Under the pieces are notes generated by a model. That model saw only the letters and a list, made by a program, of their open reading frames with translations. It was not told the DNA's origin and made no database searches. DNA of 64,000 bases. It comes from an uncultured Planctomycetia bacterium (GTDB lineage Bacteria; Planctomycetota; Planctomycetia; Pirellulales; S012-138). This document shows, in pieces, positions 21,664 to 33,052 of this stretch; position 1 is the first letter of the stretch, and every line of letters starts with the position of its first letter. Location of the stretch: the NCBI GenBank assembly GCA_963731685.1, contig CAVSWR010000036.1:263191-327190 (forward strand). The letters run 5' to 3'. The translations under genes were made by a program, and so were the position numbers.

Positions 21664-22126
21664 CGAGACTCTTCGCCTTGCGCCTCGCGAGTGCGGCCCT
21701 GCTCAAAAATGGCCCTCGCAATGGTTCTTCCTCAGTCCTGCGGCGCGAGCCACAAAAGCGCCGCCGCAACCTCCAAACAAGCTAACCCGCGCCCGTCGGA
21801 CGTGCAACCACGCCCCGTTTTTCCGCGTGCCAAGGCGCCCGCCTCCTCGCGCACCGCCGCGGAAGCTCCCGCGCTGTTTAAGCGCTAACCGCGTTCTCAA
21901 AAACGCCGGATGTGGAATTGAACCAAACGGCGAAAACTGCTAGTGGGGCGTCTTCACGCTCGGCCTCACTTTTCACATCGGAGGCGAGTTCACTTCAAGG
22001 GCCAGTTCTCGCCTCTCAACGTGGGGGGGCGCCAAGTCTACTAGAACTGCTGTTACAGGGGACACAACCCGGCCGGCGGCCGTTGGGCGCGCAAGGAAGC
22101 GGCGCCGCGGACGCCAGCTCAAACTC

Positions 22127-24875
22127 TTGCCCCGGGAAAACATGCAAACAACCCGTCGTTTTCGGATGACCTCGGCTTTCGTTCCAGGGATGGGCCAGCC
22201 GAAGAAATCATCTGCTCGCCAAGCGCACTCGAAGCTTTCCTCGCATCGCATGCTTTGCTTCGAGCGTCTGGAAGATCGCCTGCTGTTGTCCGCTGATCCC
22301 CTCGCCGGATTGCAAAGCGTGGCCGGTGACAACGCCATCGATTCGGGACCGCCATCCAATATCGCGGCGGAGATCCAAGGCAGCAATGATCTCATCGCGG
22401 TCAGCAACACCACTGCCACGCCTTGGAGCCGAATCGTTCGCCTGCGCGTGCATTGGCGCGACGGTTCCGCCAGCGTTTGCAGCGGCGCCTTAATCGACGC
22501 CTCGCATGTCTTGACCGCCGGACATTGCGTCTACGACGCCGAGAACCAGCACGGCGGCGGCTGGGCGCAAAGCATTGAAGTCTATGCTGGACGCGACGGC
22601 GGCGAGATGCCTTTCGGCGTGGCCTACAGCCAGGGTCTGCACGCCTTTTCCGGCTGGACACAAGGCGCCGCCGCGGGCGACGATATGGGCTGGTTTCAAC
22701 TGGACCGCAGCCTCGGAGACTACACCGGCGCCTTTACGCTGCGCACAGACCGACGCGGAACTCACCGGCGCCACGGTCAACCTGGCCGGTTATCCGGGAA
22801 CGTCGGGTTACACCGGCAACGACCTCTACCGCGCCTTCGGTTCCATTGACTCCGTCACGAGCGGGCAGCTTCGCTACAGCGGAACGCTCGACACGCTAGG
22901 CGGCATGAGCGGCTCGCCTGTCTGGCGCTACAACGCCAGCGCCGGCGAGCGCTACCTGGTGGGCGTACACGCCAAAGGCGGCAGTTCCTTTAACGCCGCC
23001 ACCCGGTTGACCTCCGGCAAACTCTCGACAATCATCAGCAGCATCGCGGCTGATCCTCCGCCCGCGGATAAGCCCGCCTTGATGGACTACGACAGTTGGT
23101 TCGGCGCCCAGTCGGCGAGCTTGTCGGCGACTTCCGTGGCGCCGGGGCAGAGTCTTACGCTCGCCTCCAGCGTCTTTAACGGCGGCACGCGCGCCGGCTC
23201 ATCGGTCAAGGTGAATTTCTACGCCTCGACGAACACAACCATTTCATCCGCCGACCATCTCATCGGCTCGTCCTACGTGAACGTGGCGCCGTACAGTCGC
23301 AGCGTCGCAACTTGGACCGGCGCCTTTCCCGGCACGATTCCCGCGGGAAGCTACTACGTCGGCTGGCAGATCGATCCGGACAACACGGTTTTGGAATTCG
23401 CCGACGGCGCCAATACCGGGCAGTTCTCGTCGGCGACAAAGCTGAGCGTTACGGCCGGCCAACCGAAACTCGTTGGGGCCTCGCTGGCGGTTTCCCCCAG
23501 CCGGTTAGCCGCCGGCGACGCGTTCGATGCGAGTTTTCGCGTGCGCAACGACGGCGCCGCCGCGGCCGGCGCGTTCGACGTGAAGTTCTACATCAGCTCC
23601 AACAGCATCATTTCCACCGCCGACCGGCTGCTCGGCGCCTATCGCGTGTCGGGACTGGCCGCCGACACGACAAGCGCCGCCATGCACAAGTCGTTGGCGC
23701 TGCCTGCGCGCGGCGACAGCTTCTGGAACGTCGACGGCACATATTACATCGGCATGATGGTCAATCCCAGCCTGGTCGCCAGCGAAGTGACGGCCGAGGT
23801 CGCGGATGCCTCAAGCCGAAACGCGCCCGTTGACATCGTCGGCGCGCAATTCGCCACGTTCAACTTGATTGGCCGCGACGCGTCCGGTCAATGGAAAATG
23901 GCCAGCGAGGCCGACGGGGTTTTGTCGTCCACTGCGCTTGGCGCCTGGGATGAATCGGCCGGTTGGCGCGACGTTGTCACCGGCGACTTTAACGGCGACG
24001 GCCAGACCGATGTCGTGAGCCGCACCGCCACGGGCCAATGGTGGCTGGGCGGCGCCAACGGCGACTCGTCCATAAACGAATATCTCGGCGCGTGGGACGA
24101 ATCGGCCGGTTGGCGCGACGTGACGGCCGGCGACTTCAACGGTGACGGGCGACTCGATATTGTCGGCCGCACCGCCACGGGACAATGGTGGCTGGGCCAA
24201 AACACCGGCGCCTCGTTCGTCAACGTTTATCTCGGCGCCTGGGACGAATCGGCCAATTGGCGCGACGTGATGACGGGCGACTTCAACGGCGACGGGCGAC
24301 TCGACATCGTCGGCCGCACCGCCACGGGACAATGGTGGTTGGGCCAAAATGTCGGGACTTCGTTCGTCAACGTATACCTCGGCGCCTGGGACGAATCGGC
24401 CAATTGGCGCGACGTGATGACGGGCGACTTCAACGGCGACGGGCGACTCGATATTGTCGGCCGCACCGCCACGGGACAATGGTGGCTGGGCCAAAACACC
24501 GGCGCCGCCCTGGTCGAACAGTTGTTTGGCGACTGGAGCGACACAAAGGATTGGCGCGATGTGGGCCTGGGTGATTTCGACGGCGATGGGCGATTGGACG
24601 TGATCGGCCGCACAGCCGGAGGCGCCTGGCGCGTGGGCCGCAACACGGGGTCGGCCTTCGAGAATCAAATCTTTGGCGCTTGGGATGAATCGGCCGGCTG
24701 GCGCGACGTGTTCGCGGCCGACCTCAATCACGACGGTCGAACGGACGTGATCGGCCGCACCGCCAGCGGGCAGTGGTGGCTTGGCGCCAGCGACGGCGCG
24801 GAACTCGTAAACCATTACCTGGGCGTGTGGAGCGCAACAGACGACTGGCGCGACGTGTCGGTGCTGCCCGGTTAA
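22127..24875 (+). CDS. Secreted trypsin-like (S1/glutamyl-endopeptidase-like) serine protease with C-terminal FG-GAP/VCBS-type tandem repeats; apparent frameshift ~22730-22760
   Basis: N-terminal MLCFERLEDRLLLSA motif. Catalytic His in TAGHC and Ser in GMSGSP. C-terminal GDFNGDGRLD repeat units. The protein is split between ORFs 22127..22849 and 22575..24875. Confidence 0.7.
23935..24860 (+). repeat. About five to six near-identical ~180-bp tandem repeats (coding, FG-GAP-like units)
   Basis: The unit LGAWDESA(G/N)WRDV..GDFNGDGRLDIVGRTATGQWWLGQN.G.SFVNVY is repeated with >90% nucleotide identity between central copies. Confidence 0.8.
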
Positions 24876-24927
24876 TGGCCGCGTTCCGGCGCGTCGCAAG
24901 AGCAAACGCCGCGGAATCGCGCGCCGG

Positions 24928-25863
24928 TCAAGGCGACGTGCTCGGCTCCATCTTGGACTGCCGTTCGCACCGCTTGCGCATCGTCATTTCGTTACCCGAC
25001 TCATTGAATGTAACGTCGTCCATCACGATTTGAATGAGCGTCAGGCCGCGGCGTTTGCCGCCGTCGAACGAGCTGGCCGGGTCGGCGCCCGTAACCGATC
25101 GCACGCTGAACCCGCGACCTTCGTCGCGAATGACAAACTTGACCTGCGTTTCCGACACACTGGCGACGACCAGGATCTTGCGATCGCGGAAGCGGGGCTG
25201 GCTGCGCCGCTCCTTGACCAGCGCGGTGAGCCGGCCGCCATCCAATTCGGCCCGGGCAGTCGCTAACTCTCGCTCGGAAATCTCCAAATTACCGTGATAC
25301 ATGGCGTTGAGCAGCGCCTCTTCCAATGCCTCGACGACACGAATCCGCTCGCCCACGTCGGCGAAATGGACACTGGCCATCATTTCCTGCACCTGATCGG
25401 CCAAGGCGCGAATCAAGGCCGGATCGTTATCGAGCACGAAACGCGTCTGATGTTCCAGCACGCAATGCACGAGCCGCTCGCGGCGCTGGTCGGAAACGGC
25501 TCGGTCCAACACGCGCTCGACCGTTTCCAGCAGGCGTTCGGCCTGCCGTGCCTTGGGAACATAGTGGGCCGCCCCGGCTTGTAGCGCTTCAACCGCCACG
25601 GATTCGTTGCCGAAGGCGGTCATCAGAATCACGGGAATCTGCGGATAACGGCGGCGCATCAGCCGCACCAATTCCAGTCCGTCGATCTCCGGCATGACTA
25701 GATCGGTGACGACAAGGTCGGGCGCGGCGGTGTCGACGAGCTCCAGGGCCTCCCGGCCATTTTCGGCCAATTCGATGTCGTAGTTGGGATTGTTCCGCAA
25801 CAGCCCAGCGACCAACGAGCGGTCCACGGACGAATCGTCCACAACGAGGATTCTCGACACCAT
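24928..25863 (-). CDS. Response regulator: CheY-like receiver fused to a RsbW/SpoIIAB-like HATPase_c (anti-sigma-factor kinase-like) domain
   Basis: AGGAGG RBS then ATG at 25863. Receiver motifs ILVVDDS and TDLVMPEIDG. C-terminal EALEEALLNAMYHGN…VKFVIRDEGRGF. Confidence 0.65.
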   Translation of the reverse strand: MVSRILVVDDSSVDRSLVAGLLRNNPNYDIELAENGREALELVDTAAPDLVVTDLVMPEIDGLELVRLMRRRYPQIPVILMTAFGNESVAVEALQAGAAHYVPKARQAERLLETVERVLDRAVSDQRRERLVHCVLEHQTRFVLDNDPALIRALADQVQEMMASVHFADVGERIRVVEALEEALLNAMYHGNLEISERELATARAELDGGRLTALVKERRSQPRFRDRKILVVASVSETQVKFVIRDEGRGFSVRSVTGADPASSFDGGKRRGLTLIQIVMDDVTFNESGNEMTMRKRCERQSKMEPSTSP

Positions 25864-26273
25864 CTTGGCCTCCTTGGTTTTTGGGCCTGGATACGAAACT
25901 CGCATTTGATTGAGCAGCCAGTGCGGCGGCGCCCATGATTCGGCCGAGACAGAAACGATCTCGGTCGCATTCGTCGATCGGCGGCGCCATTTCAGGCGAC
26001 GCGCCTTGGAAAACGGCGGCCCGCGCTGGCAGGGTCGAAACTTACCGGCTGTGGCAAAACAAGACCACGAACGATGTTGGCTTCCCGGAAAAAGGCCCGC
26101 TCGTGATCGTTTACAGCAAGACCGCCTATGTCGCACGCGATTTACGGAAACTGAAAGGTTGAGAAAATGCTATACCACCCGCCGACGAAGTCAAGCCGCT
26201 ACTGCGAACGGTCGGGCTTCCCCACAGGTGGCAGAGAGCGAGTTTCGCGGCGCATTTCGGGGGGCGAAGAGAT

Positions 26274-26933
26274 TCAACATCCGTGGCGGCTGGACGACGC
26301 TGGCGCCGCATTTAACGCTCCGCCGTGCTGGCGGGACGCCGACGTGCGCGAGGTCTTTGCCGCCGGCCGGATTGGCGCCCGGCGACCGTCATTTGTCGGG
26401 CGGCGACCGTCGCGGCGAATCGCGGGGCGGATCGCGCGGGGATCCTCGATTTCCAACCATTCGATTCGCGCGAGCAGCGAGTTGACCAGCGCACCGCCGC
26501 CGAGCCCAATCGCGGCGCCGAGGCACAGCCCGAGAACGTATGCGTCGTAGCGGTCGGGGAACGCCAAACCACACAGGGCCACCCCGCCGATGAGCAGCAG
26601 GGTGACGCCAAATCCGCCGACCTCGAGTTGGCGTCCGATGACCGCGACCGCCAAACCGACACCGGCGCCGGCCGAGGCCGCCAGCAACACGCGCCAAGCC
26701 GTTTGGGCGGGAAGCCAAGCCAGGCCGACAACGACGGCGCCCACGACGCCGGCGAAAATGACCAGAAAGAGCAACGCCAGAAACGGACGGCCAATCCGCA
26801 TTCGCCGCCGCGACGGCGACGGTCGGCCGCTTGACGGTTCAGCCGGCGACGACGAATTCCGCGAGGTCACGCTTTGGGACGGCTCGTCTGCCGAAGGCTG
26901 GTCGCGAGTGGGGGGCGTGGGGTCGGATGTCAT
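26274..26933 (-). CDS. Hypothetical membrane protein (Pro/Ser-rich N-terminus, 3-4 TM); C-terminal ~60 codons probably not coding
   Basis: Hydrophobic segments FLALLFLVIFAGVVGAVVVGLAWL and GVTLLLIGGVALCGLAF. Confidence 0.4.
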   Translation of the reverse strand: MTSDPTPPTRDQPSADEPSQSVTSRNSSSPAEPSSGRPSPSRRRMRIGRPFLALLFLVIFAGVVGAVVVGLAWLPAQTAWRVLLAASAGAGVGLAVAVIGRQLEVGGFGVTLLLIGGVALCGLAFPDRYDAYVLGLCLGAAIGLGGGALVNSLLARIEWLEIEDPRAIRPAIRRDGRRPTNDGRRAPIRPAAKTSRTSASRQHGGALNAAPASSSRHGC

Positions 26934-27050
26934 CGCGGCCGGGACGAACGATTCTGTTGGCGCGGTTTCCGTGGAGAGTTTTGCCGATTTCGCGGCGGCG
27001 GCGTTTCCACCGCCAAGCGCGCTGTCATGATCGCTGGCGGGAAGCGGCCG

Positions 27051-27323
27051 CTAATTTGCGATCGTGCCGTCAGCCACATAGATATTGTGCATGAATCCGT
27101 CGACCTTGACCAGCCGCCCTTGAAATTGGACGTCTTGGCCAATGCGGCGCCGCAGGGCGTCTTCATCGGCGCCGTTGACTTGCACCGTCGCGATGATCTT
27201 GTGGTTGCCGTAGAGGCCGCCTTGGGTTTCGTAAATCTCGACGACCGCCTTCAGGCCCGCGTCGCCCTTGAAGACGAAGTCGAAGTGATAACGTTCGACC
27301 TTACGCAGCGCACGGTCCAGCAA
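27051..27323 (-). CDS. Small hypothetical protein (possibly the C-terminal domain of the upstream ORF after a frameshift)
   Basis: 90-aa ORF with globular-like composition (…AVVEIYETQGGLYGNHKIIATVQVNG…). Confidence 0.35.
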   Translation of the reverse strand: MLDRALRKVERYHFDFVFKGDAGLKAVVEIYETQGGLYGNHKIIATVQVNGADEDALRRRIGQDVQFQGRLVKVDGFMHNIYVADGTIAN

Positions 27324-28416
27324 ACACTTCGATCCTGGTATTCGTCCTTGAATTGTTGCGTTGTGGCAAAGCTGGTTTGATGGGTTTCAAACAAGACTTG
27401 GCAAACCGAGGCCGCATCGAGCGCACCGCCCGGCGAAGACACGGCAGCTTGCTCCGCGGGTTGGGGTTCCGCCGATTGCAGCGCCTTGGGGTCTGGCTGA
27501 GTGGTCTGGGTTTCCGAGAATTCTGTTGGGCGCGTGGACTCTCCTCCTCGTCCTCCGGCGCTGCGCGCCGCGACTCGGCGAAGGCGGCATAATCCTCGTC
27601 CTGGCGGTCGGCCAGATTCCGCAAGTCGGCTTGGACTCGTCTGCCTTCGGCCGACGGCATCGACGTATTGATGACGGGAATCGGCGGAGGCTTCCGGCGA
27701 GGCGGCGCAATGGACGGCGGAGCAAAGGGGCCTTGTCGCGACGTTTGCGGACTCGCGTTGGCCAGTTCCGCCGCGTCAGTCGGGCCGCCGTTTTGCCCGC
27801 TTTCGCCTAGCAACGCAGTCGCCAGCGCGGCCATCGCGCGGACGACTGCGACAACGCGCCGAGAGTCGCTCACCAACCCCGGTTCAACAATTTGAATTCC
27901 ACGGTCGTCGATGGTCACATTGGGACTGCCTCGCAGAAACCGCTGGATTCGCAGCTGCCGCTCGGGCGTCAGGAACGCGCGCACGGCGTCGGGATCGGCG
28001 CCTTTCACCAGCGCCTCGGCGTCGAACGACGGGTTGCCCACCTCGATGTCTTGGGCTCCAAACTCTTTGGACACGCTGCTGATGAACCCCTCGCGGGTGA
28101 TCCGGAGACCCAAATTCAAGGACTGAGAAAACGTCAATCTGAAGCGCATGTGCGCGCCGGAGTTTCCGGAGCGCGCCGCGTACGTATCCAACTTGACGTA
28201 GAACCCACGATACGATCCTTGCATGAAACGCCGCTGCAAAACCCCGCCGCCGTGATTGGCGAGTCCCAACTGCGCGGCTGCGGTTTTCCACGCCGAGTCG
28301 GCCTCGCTGGTGCGGGCCACGTTGACGAGTACGCAAATCACAACAACAATGACGATGATGTAGACGACGGTCATAGCGGCAGTCCCACCTGGCGAGTCCC
28401 CCGTCCCCAACGTCAC
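27301..28416 (-). CDS. Hypothetical N-terminally membrane-anchored protein
   Basis: N-terminal TM helix VVYIIVIVVVICVLVNVA. The central region is protein-like; the C-terminal 80 aa are Arg/Pro-rich and suspect. Confidence 0.45.
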   Translation of the reverse strand: MTLGTGDSPGGTAAMTVVYIIVIVVVICVLVNVARTSEADSAWKTAAAQLGLANHGGGVLQRRFMQGSYRGFYVKLDTYAARSGNSGAHMRFRLTFSQSLNLGLRITREGFISSVSKEFGAQDIEVGNPSFDAEALVKGADPDAVRAFLTPERQLRIQRFLRGSPNVTIDDRGIQIVEPGLVSDSRRVVAVVRAMAALATALLGESGQNGGPTDAAELANASPQTSRQGPFAPPSIAPPRRKPPPIPVINTSMPSAEGRRVQADLRNLADRQDEDYAAFAESRRAAPEDEEESPRAQQNSRKPRPLSQTPRRCNRRNPNPRSKLPCLRRAVRSMRPRFAKSCLKPIKPALPQRNNSRTNTRIEVFAGPCAA

Positions 28417-30812
28417 TTGTTCAAGTCGACAGGCTTGCCGTCGTTGCGCATGAACAGGTTGCGCAGGTTCTCCCCATTCACGTTTTCACTGATGAAACGG
28501 ACGGAGCCGTCGCCCAGCAAGGCGAAAAACCCGCCTTTTCGGTGGCCGATCAGCGACTGCGTCGGTTTCTTGGGATCGAACTTCCATTCCTCGGGTTTGG
28601 TCCAAATCACGGCGCTTTCCGGCGCCGCCTCCACGACCATCGCGGTGTTAGAAAGTCCGTCGGTAACTTGTGCAAAACTGATTCCTTGGCCGTCGGCCCT
28701 CTTCGACGGCGGAAACAGCGTGTCTTTGCCCACCGGCACGAGGAAGCAGGTCTCGTACATGCCGACCTTCTTGCCGCCGGGCGACTTGAAGACGTCGGGC
28801 ATTTGCTTAATCAACTTCTTATTGTGTTCGCTGTCCCAAGGCTCGTCGAGGTGGAACTTTTGATACAGCGCTTGCTGCTCCAAGAACGGCAATACATGCA
28901 CGCGCCAACTCAGCAGCGGCTTGCCGTCTTTGTCGACGCTGGCGGGGGCGGGCAATGCGCGGTAGACATCGTGGAAATTGTGCATCGCCAAGCCAAGCTG
29001 CTTCAGGTTGTTCGACGCTTGCGTGCGCGTGTTGGCGACCCCAAAAGATTGGTACGCCGGCGTCGCGAAACCCATCAGCGTGGAAGCGGCGCCCAATCCG
29101 CCACTGACGCCCGGAATGCTCTCGTGGCTGACGGAACCGACACCGTCCTTGTGGCGCGTCACGGTGCTGACGGCCGGCGTCAAGTGCGGATAGATCGCCG
29201 TGGCCGAGGGCAGCAGCGACGTGTCGAAGTTAATCTCTTGCCTGCGGAGTTCTCCGCTCACGACCGGCGTCACCGCTTGCAGCACGGGGTACAACAGCCG
29301 GAAGAATTGGCCGGTGTCCTGATAGCTGAGCATGGCGGGCCGTTGCTTGAGCGCCGCGGCCACCGCCGGCGCCTTGGCCAACGATGGCGTAGCTTTGCCG
29401 TTGCGAGCCAGGAAGGCTTTGATCGTTTGCGGATACAGGCCGAAAACCAGGGCGTCGTCGGTCAGGCACCAGGCTGGCGCCAAGGGAGCGTTTCTCAGCC
29501 GCAAATAGTACACCTGCTGGCCGTGCGATTGGAAGGTCGCCACCGCGTCGTCATCGGTCGAGTTGCGAAGCATCGTGTTGATGCGCCCGAGCAGCTCTTT
29601 TCCGCGGGCCGGATCGCGCACTTCCACCATGGCGATGAGCCCGGTGACCAATAGACCGCCGTCGCCGGGCGAATTGTAAAACGACCAAACGTCTCCCAGC
29701 GGCTCGAGCACGTCCTGTTGGATACGGAAGCCCATGCTGGTTTCCATCTGGTCGATCTCGCCCAGGATGCCGTCATGGGCGACGGGGTTGATGTCGCCAA
29801 TGGCGTCTAACACGTCCTGATAGACCTTCGCCGCGTCGAAACGGCTGACGACCGCCCACGTTGCGTCGAGCGGAACGCGCCGCAGGTCTTTGGCGGTCAG
29901 CGGCTTGTCAGAAATCAGTTTGAACACGCCGCCGGGCTCGCCCGATGTGGCGATGAACGACCGCGTAAGCGTGCTCGTGTCGTCCAGTCCCATGACATTC
30001 GCGGCCCACTCGACATTCTCCAGCCCCAATGCTTCGATCACCTTCGGCGCCGTGGCGCCCAGGAACGGCAAGACCGTATCGCGGATCTTCGATAGGTTCA
30101 CATATTGCACCATGGCCGGCCGCGCGACCGGCATGCGGCCGTGTACCTGCTTGAGCCACGCCGGCGGTTCGCCCGGCTCAGCCAGGTTCCTGACGATTCG
30201 CTCGGCGGTTCCCTGTCCCACGGCCAACACGAAATAGTCGCCTTGGAAACCCCATTGAACCGGCGGAATCGGTCCGGGCAAAGGCAAGTCCTTGAACGCG
30301 GCGCCGGCGATGGTCACATCGCGAGGCGCCAACGCGCCGCGCGCCATGAGTTGCTCGACCTGGCCGACCAGCCGCTTTAACTCCGCGGCCTGGTCGCCGC
30401 CGCTGACGATCAACCCCGCCTTGATGTTCACGTTGGCCGCGCTGATCGGCCCCACTTCGGAGACAAACATGGCGGTCGGCCGGGTCAACACAAGCTTTGC
30501 CAACGGCAGGCCAATACTGGCCGCCATCTCCCCCTCCCCGCCGCCATTGCGTCGCAGCGTCGCGTCAATCTCGTCGAACACGCCGTGCAGAAACGCCTGC
30601 ACTTCTTCGTCGGCGAGCAACTGCTCGGTTTGGTTCGTGCTGTCCGCGTCCGGTTCGGCGGCGCCATACCAACTTAGGTAGCCCAAACACTCCGCTGGCG
30701 CCGCGGCCGTTAACGTGGTGTCTTCCGGCAAGGGAGGAATTGACAACGGCAGGCCGCTCGAGCCGCGCGCCGCAAAGAGCAACACAAAAACGGAGAGGAA
30801 ACCGGCGGTCAT
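28413..30812 (-). CDS. Large secreted protein with C-terminal DUF1559-type domain
   Basis: Signal peptide at the N-terminus. C-terminal block TRTQASNNLKQLGLAMHNFHDVYRALP…VRFISENV matches the DUF1559 core, which is normally found after a prepilin-like N-terminus. Confidence 0.6.
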   Translation of the reverse strand: MTAGFLSVFVLLFAARGSSGLPLSIPPLPEDTTLTAAAPAECLGYLSWYGAAEPDADSTNQTEQLLADEEVQAFLHGVFDEIDATLRRNGGGEGEMAASIGLPLAKLVLTRPTAMFVSEVGPISAANVNIKAGLIVSGGDQAAELKRLVGQVEQLMARGALAPRDVTIAGAAFKDLPLPGPIPPVQWGFQGDYFVLAVGQGTAERIVRNLAEPGEPPAWLKQVHGRMPVARPAMVQYVNLSKIRDTVLPFLGATAPKVIEALGLENVEWAANVMGLDDTSTLTRSFIATSGEPGGVFKLISDKPLTAKDLRRVPLDATWAVVSRFDAAKVYQDVLDAIGDINPVAHDGILGEIDQMETSMGFRIQQDVLEPLGDVWSFYNSPGDGGLLVTGLIAMVEVRDPARGKELLGRINTMLRNSTDDDAVATFQSHGQQVYYLRLRNAPLAPAWCLTDDALVFGLYPQTIKAFLARNGKATPSLAKAPAVAAALKQRPAMLSYQDTGQFFRLLYPVLQAVTPVVSGELRRQEINFDTSLLPSATAIYPHLTPAVSTVTRHKDGVGSVSHESIPGVSGGLGAASTLMGFATPAYQSFGVANTRTQASNNLKQLGLAMHNFHDVYRALPAPASVDKDGKPLLSWRVHVLPFLEQQALYQKFHLDEPWDSEHNKKLIKQMPDVFKSPGGKKVGMYETCFLVPVGKDTLFPPSKRADGQGISFAQVTDGLSNTAMVVEAAPESAVIWTKPEEWKFDPKKPTQSLIGHRKGGFFALLGDGSVRFISENVNGENLRNLFMRNDGKPVDLNK

Positions 30813-31301
30813 GGGGACATTCCTTGAAACGAGAATAGGTTGTTCGGCGCAGCGGAGCTATATCGGGCGGCCGGATTCAGGCCGCCACGAGACGCTAAGG
30901 GAAACGCTTTGGCAAGCACTTCGTCGTCGGCGGCAAAAGATTGGACATCAGGCTGAAAAAAACTGGGCCCCCAGTCGAAAAACACGGCCCCAACTCGCAG
31001 CCAGAACGGCCGCTTCGGACGGCCAGTATCCTAAGACTCCGCCCAACGGCGTGCAAGGCGCCGGTTGGCAGACAGGACTGGCGTTTACCCGCTTTCCCTA
31101 CCCAAGACGCCGGCGAACCGCCGCCGTCCCGCTCGCCGTGCTCACGACCCCGTCTCGCCGGAATTGAAACGCAACAACTCGCCGAGTCGCCGGACGCAAA
31201 TTGGCGCGGTGGATTGGTTGGCGGCAAGTGGAGCCGTGGGGAGACTGAGACTCACTCCAACGGCGATGGGCGGCTCGCTCGGGCGATGAGAATCTGCCGG
31301 T

Positions 31302-32765
31302 TCAGTACTTGTCGGCGCCGCCGAGCAGTTTTGACTCCACTTTGTCCGCCTGGTACGCCACGGCCGCCAGCGCGCGGCTGACTTCCAGCGCGTCGAGGGT
31401 CTCGGCCAGTTGGTTGGCCTGAATCACGACCAGGTCGGCGCCGTTACGCGTGATCACGGCGAAGGCTCCGTGCATGAGTTGCGTGTTGTATCGCAGCAGG
31501 CGCATGGCGTTGCGTTCGGTCGAGGGCCCGCAAATCGAGACATAGTTGACGACCGAGTGCCCGTCTTCATCCTTGGCGTCGAAGCGTACCTCGACCACCT
31601 GCTTCCGCAATCCGCCAATTGGCACGGTAACTCGCCAAACGCCACTGTCTTCTTCGATTTGGTATCCGGCCGTTTCCGCCACGGTTCGCACGATCTGTTG
31701 CGGACTCGCGCCTCGGGGAGGGGCGCTGGAGGCCAGATCGTCGAAATCGACAGCCGCCGAGGACGGCGCAGAGGAGGCGGGCGCCGGAGCCGTCGCCGGT
31801 TGCGGCGGCGGGGCGGCGGGCGCGGCCGGAGGTTGAGCGGCGCCGCCCGCGGCGTGTTGGGCGTCCATCGCCTGCCGCAACATTCCGGGCACCATCATGC
31901 CGAAGCCGGCGCCCATTCCCATGCCCATCGCGCCGCCGTCGCCGCCGCGTTCGGCCATTTTGTTCATGCTCTGGGCCGCCTGATACTGCATAAAGGCGTT
32001 CAAGTCGCCCACGGCGCCCATGGCGCTGCGTTGATCGATGGCCTTTTGCACTTCCTCCGGCGGCGTGATGGCGTTGATGAAGAAGTCGACCAGTTCCATG
32101 CCATACTTGCTGAAGTCCTCGGCGACCTTGGCCCTGGTACCCGAGGCGACTTCATCGTACCGTTGCGGCAAGTCCAACAAGCTGATCTGAAGCGTCCCCA
32201 GCAGGTCGGTCATGCGGGAAACGATCCGGTCACGCAAATAGGCCGTAACTTCCTCGGTGGTGTACTTGCCTTGTGTGCCCACCACGGTGCTCAACAACAA
32301 TTGCGAATCAACAACGCGGAAGGAAAACTTGCCAAAGCTCCGCAGGCGCACCATGCCGAAGTCGCGGTCTCGAAAAACGATCGGCTGCGGCGTGCCCCAT
32401 TTTTGGTCGAGAAAGGTTTGCAGGCCAAAGAAATAGACTTGGGCCTGAAACGGCGACTTCTCCCAGGGAATCGTCAGCAATCGCGTGAGGATTGGCACAT
32501 TCATCGTGGTCAGCGTATGGCGGCCGGGAGCGAACTTGTCCAGCGCCTTGCCATCGCGGAAAAACACCGCCTCTTGGTTCTCTTGCACGACGAGTTGCGC
32601 GCCCAGTTCGATATCGGCCGAGCCCTGCTCCGGCACACGGTGTACGAGTGATCGATTGGAGTTGTCGAAGAACTGAATTACTTCCAGACGCAAACCCATG
32701 CTCGTCTCCTCCGCCAAAAGGCGATCAGACCCCTCATAGGGCCAAAGTCGAAAATCTTGAGTCAA
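31302..32765 (-). CDS. SPFH/Band-7 family protein with Gly/Ala/Pro-rich linker and C-terminal YbjN-like domain
   Basis: N-terminal region resembles the Band_7_1 family (…GQWLDLREI-type absent; …[37 protein letters not shown]…). Low-complexity [11 protein letters not shown] linker. Confidence 0.65.
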   Translation of the reverse strand: MTQDFRLWPYEGSDRLLAEETSMGLRLEVIQFFDNSNRSLVHRVPEQGSADIELGAQLVVQENQEAVFFRDGKALDKFAPGRHTLTTMNVPILTRLLTIPWEKSPFQAQVYFFGLQTFLDQKWGTPQPIVFRDRDFGMVRLRSFGKFSFRVVDSQLLLSTVVGTQGKYTTEEVTAYLRDRIVSRMTDLLGTLQISLLDLPQRYDEVASGTRAKVAEDFSKYGMELVDFFINAITPPEEVQKAIDQRSAMGAVGDLNAFMQYQAAQSMNKMAERGGDGGAMGMGMGAGFGMMVPGMLRQAMDAQHAAGGAAQPPAAPAAPPPQPATAPAPASSAPSSAAVDFDDLASSAPPRGASPQQIVRTVAETAGYQIEEDSGVWRVTVPIGGLRKQVVEVRFDAKDEDGHSVVNYVSICGPSTERNAMRLLRYNTQLMHGAFAVITRNGADLVVIQANQLAETLDALEVSRALAAVAYQADKVESKLLGGADKY

Positions 32766-32913
32766 ATTCCAGCAACCAACCGGAGCGCGTTCTTGCAGTC
32801 GAGCGGCGGCTCGAAACCGGTTCGGAGGTCCTGCCTCGTTACGTTCGTCCGCCGGTTTTGTTGCTTTAGAACAAGCGGCCTCGCGTTTGTCGCCAACCGG
32901 CGGCGCGCGCCGG

Positions 32914-33044
32914 CTAGTGCTCTGTCAACGCTAAGAATTCCGGTAGCAGAAGTCGTGAGACTTCTGTAAGTTCAATCGCAGTAACGAATTCCCGAACTCT
33001 CACGAGTTCGGCTACCCTAAAATCAAGGTGTAACAAAGCAGTAG
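32914..33044 (+). repeat. MITE-like ~130-bp element, copy 1 (imperfect terminal inverted repeats CTAGTGCTcTGTcAaC…GtTaACAaAGCAgTAG; internal hairpins CAGAAGTCgtgaGACTTCTG and CGAACTCtcacGAGTTCG)
   Basis: Near-identical sequence at 34563-34692 (same orientation) and 36642-36770 (reverse complement). Confidence 0.8.
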
Positions 33045-33052
33045 CGTTCATA

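Noticed and set aside
23935-24860. Possible CRISPR array suggested by regular ~180-bp repeats
   Set aside because: The repeats are in-frame coding units (FG-GAP-like) of the protease gene, with repeat-length 'spacers' that are themselves repeats. No cas genes are present. The 13-bp triplet at 10875-10913 is far too short for a CRISPR array.
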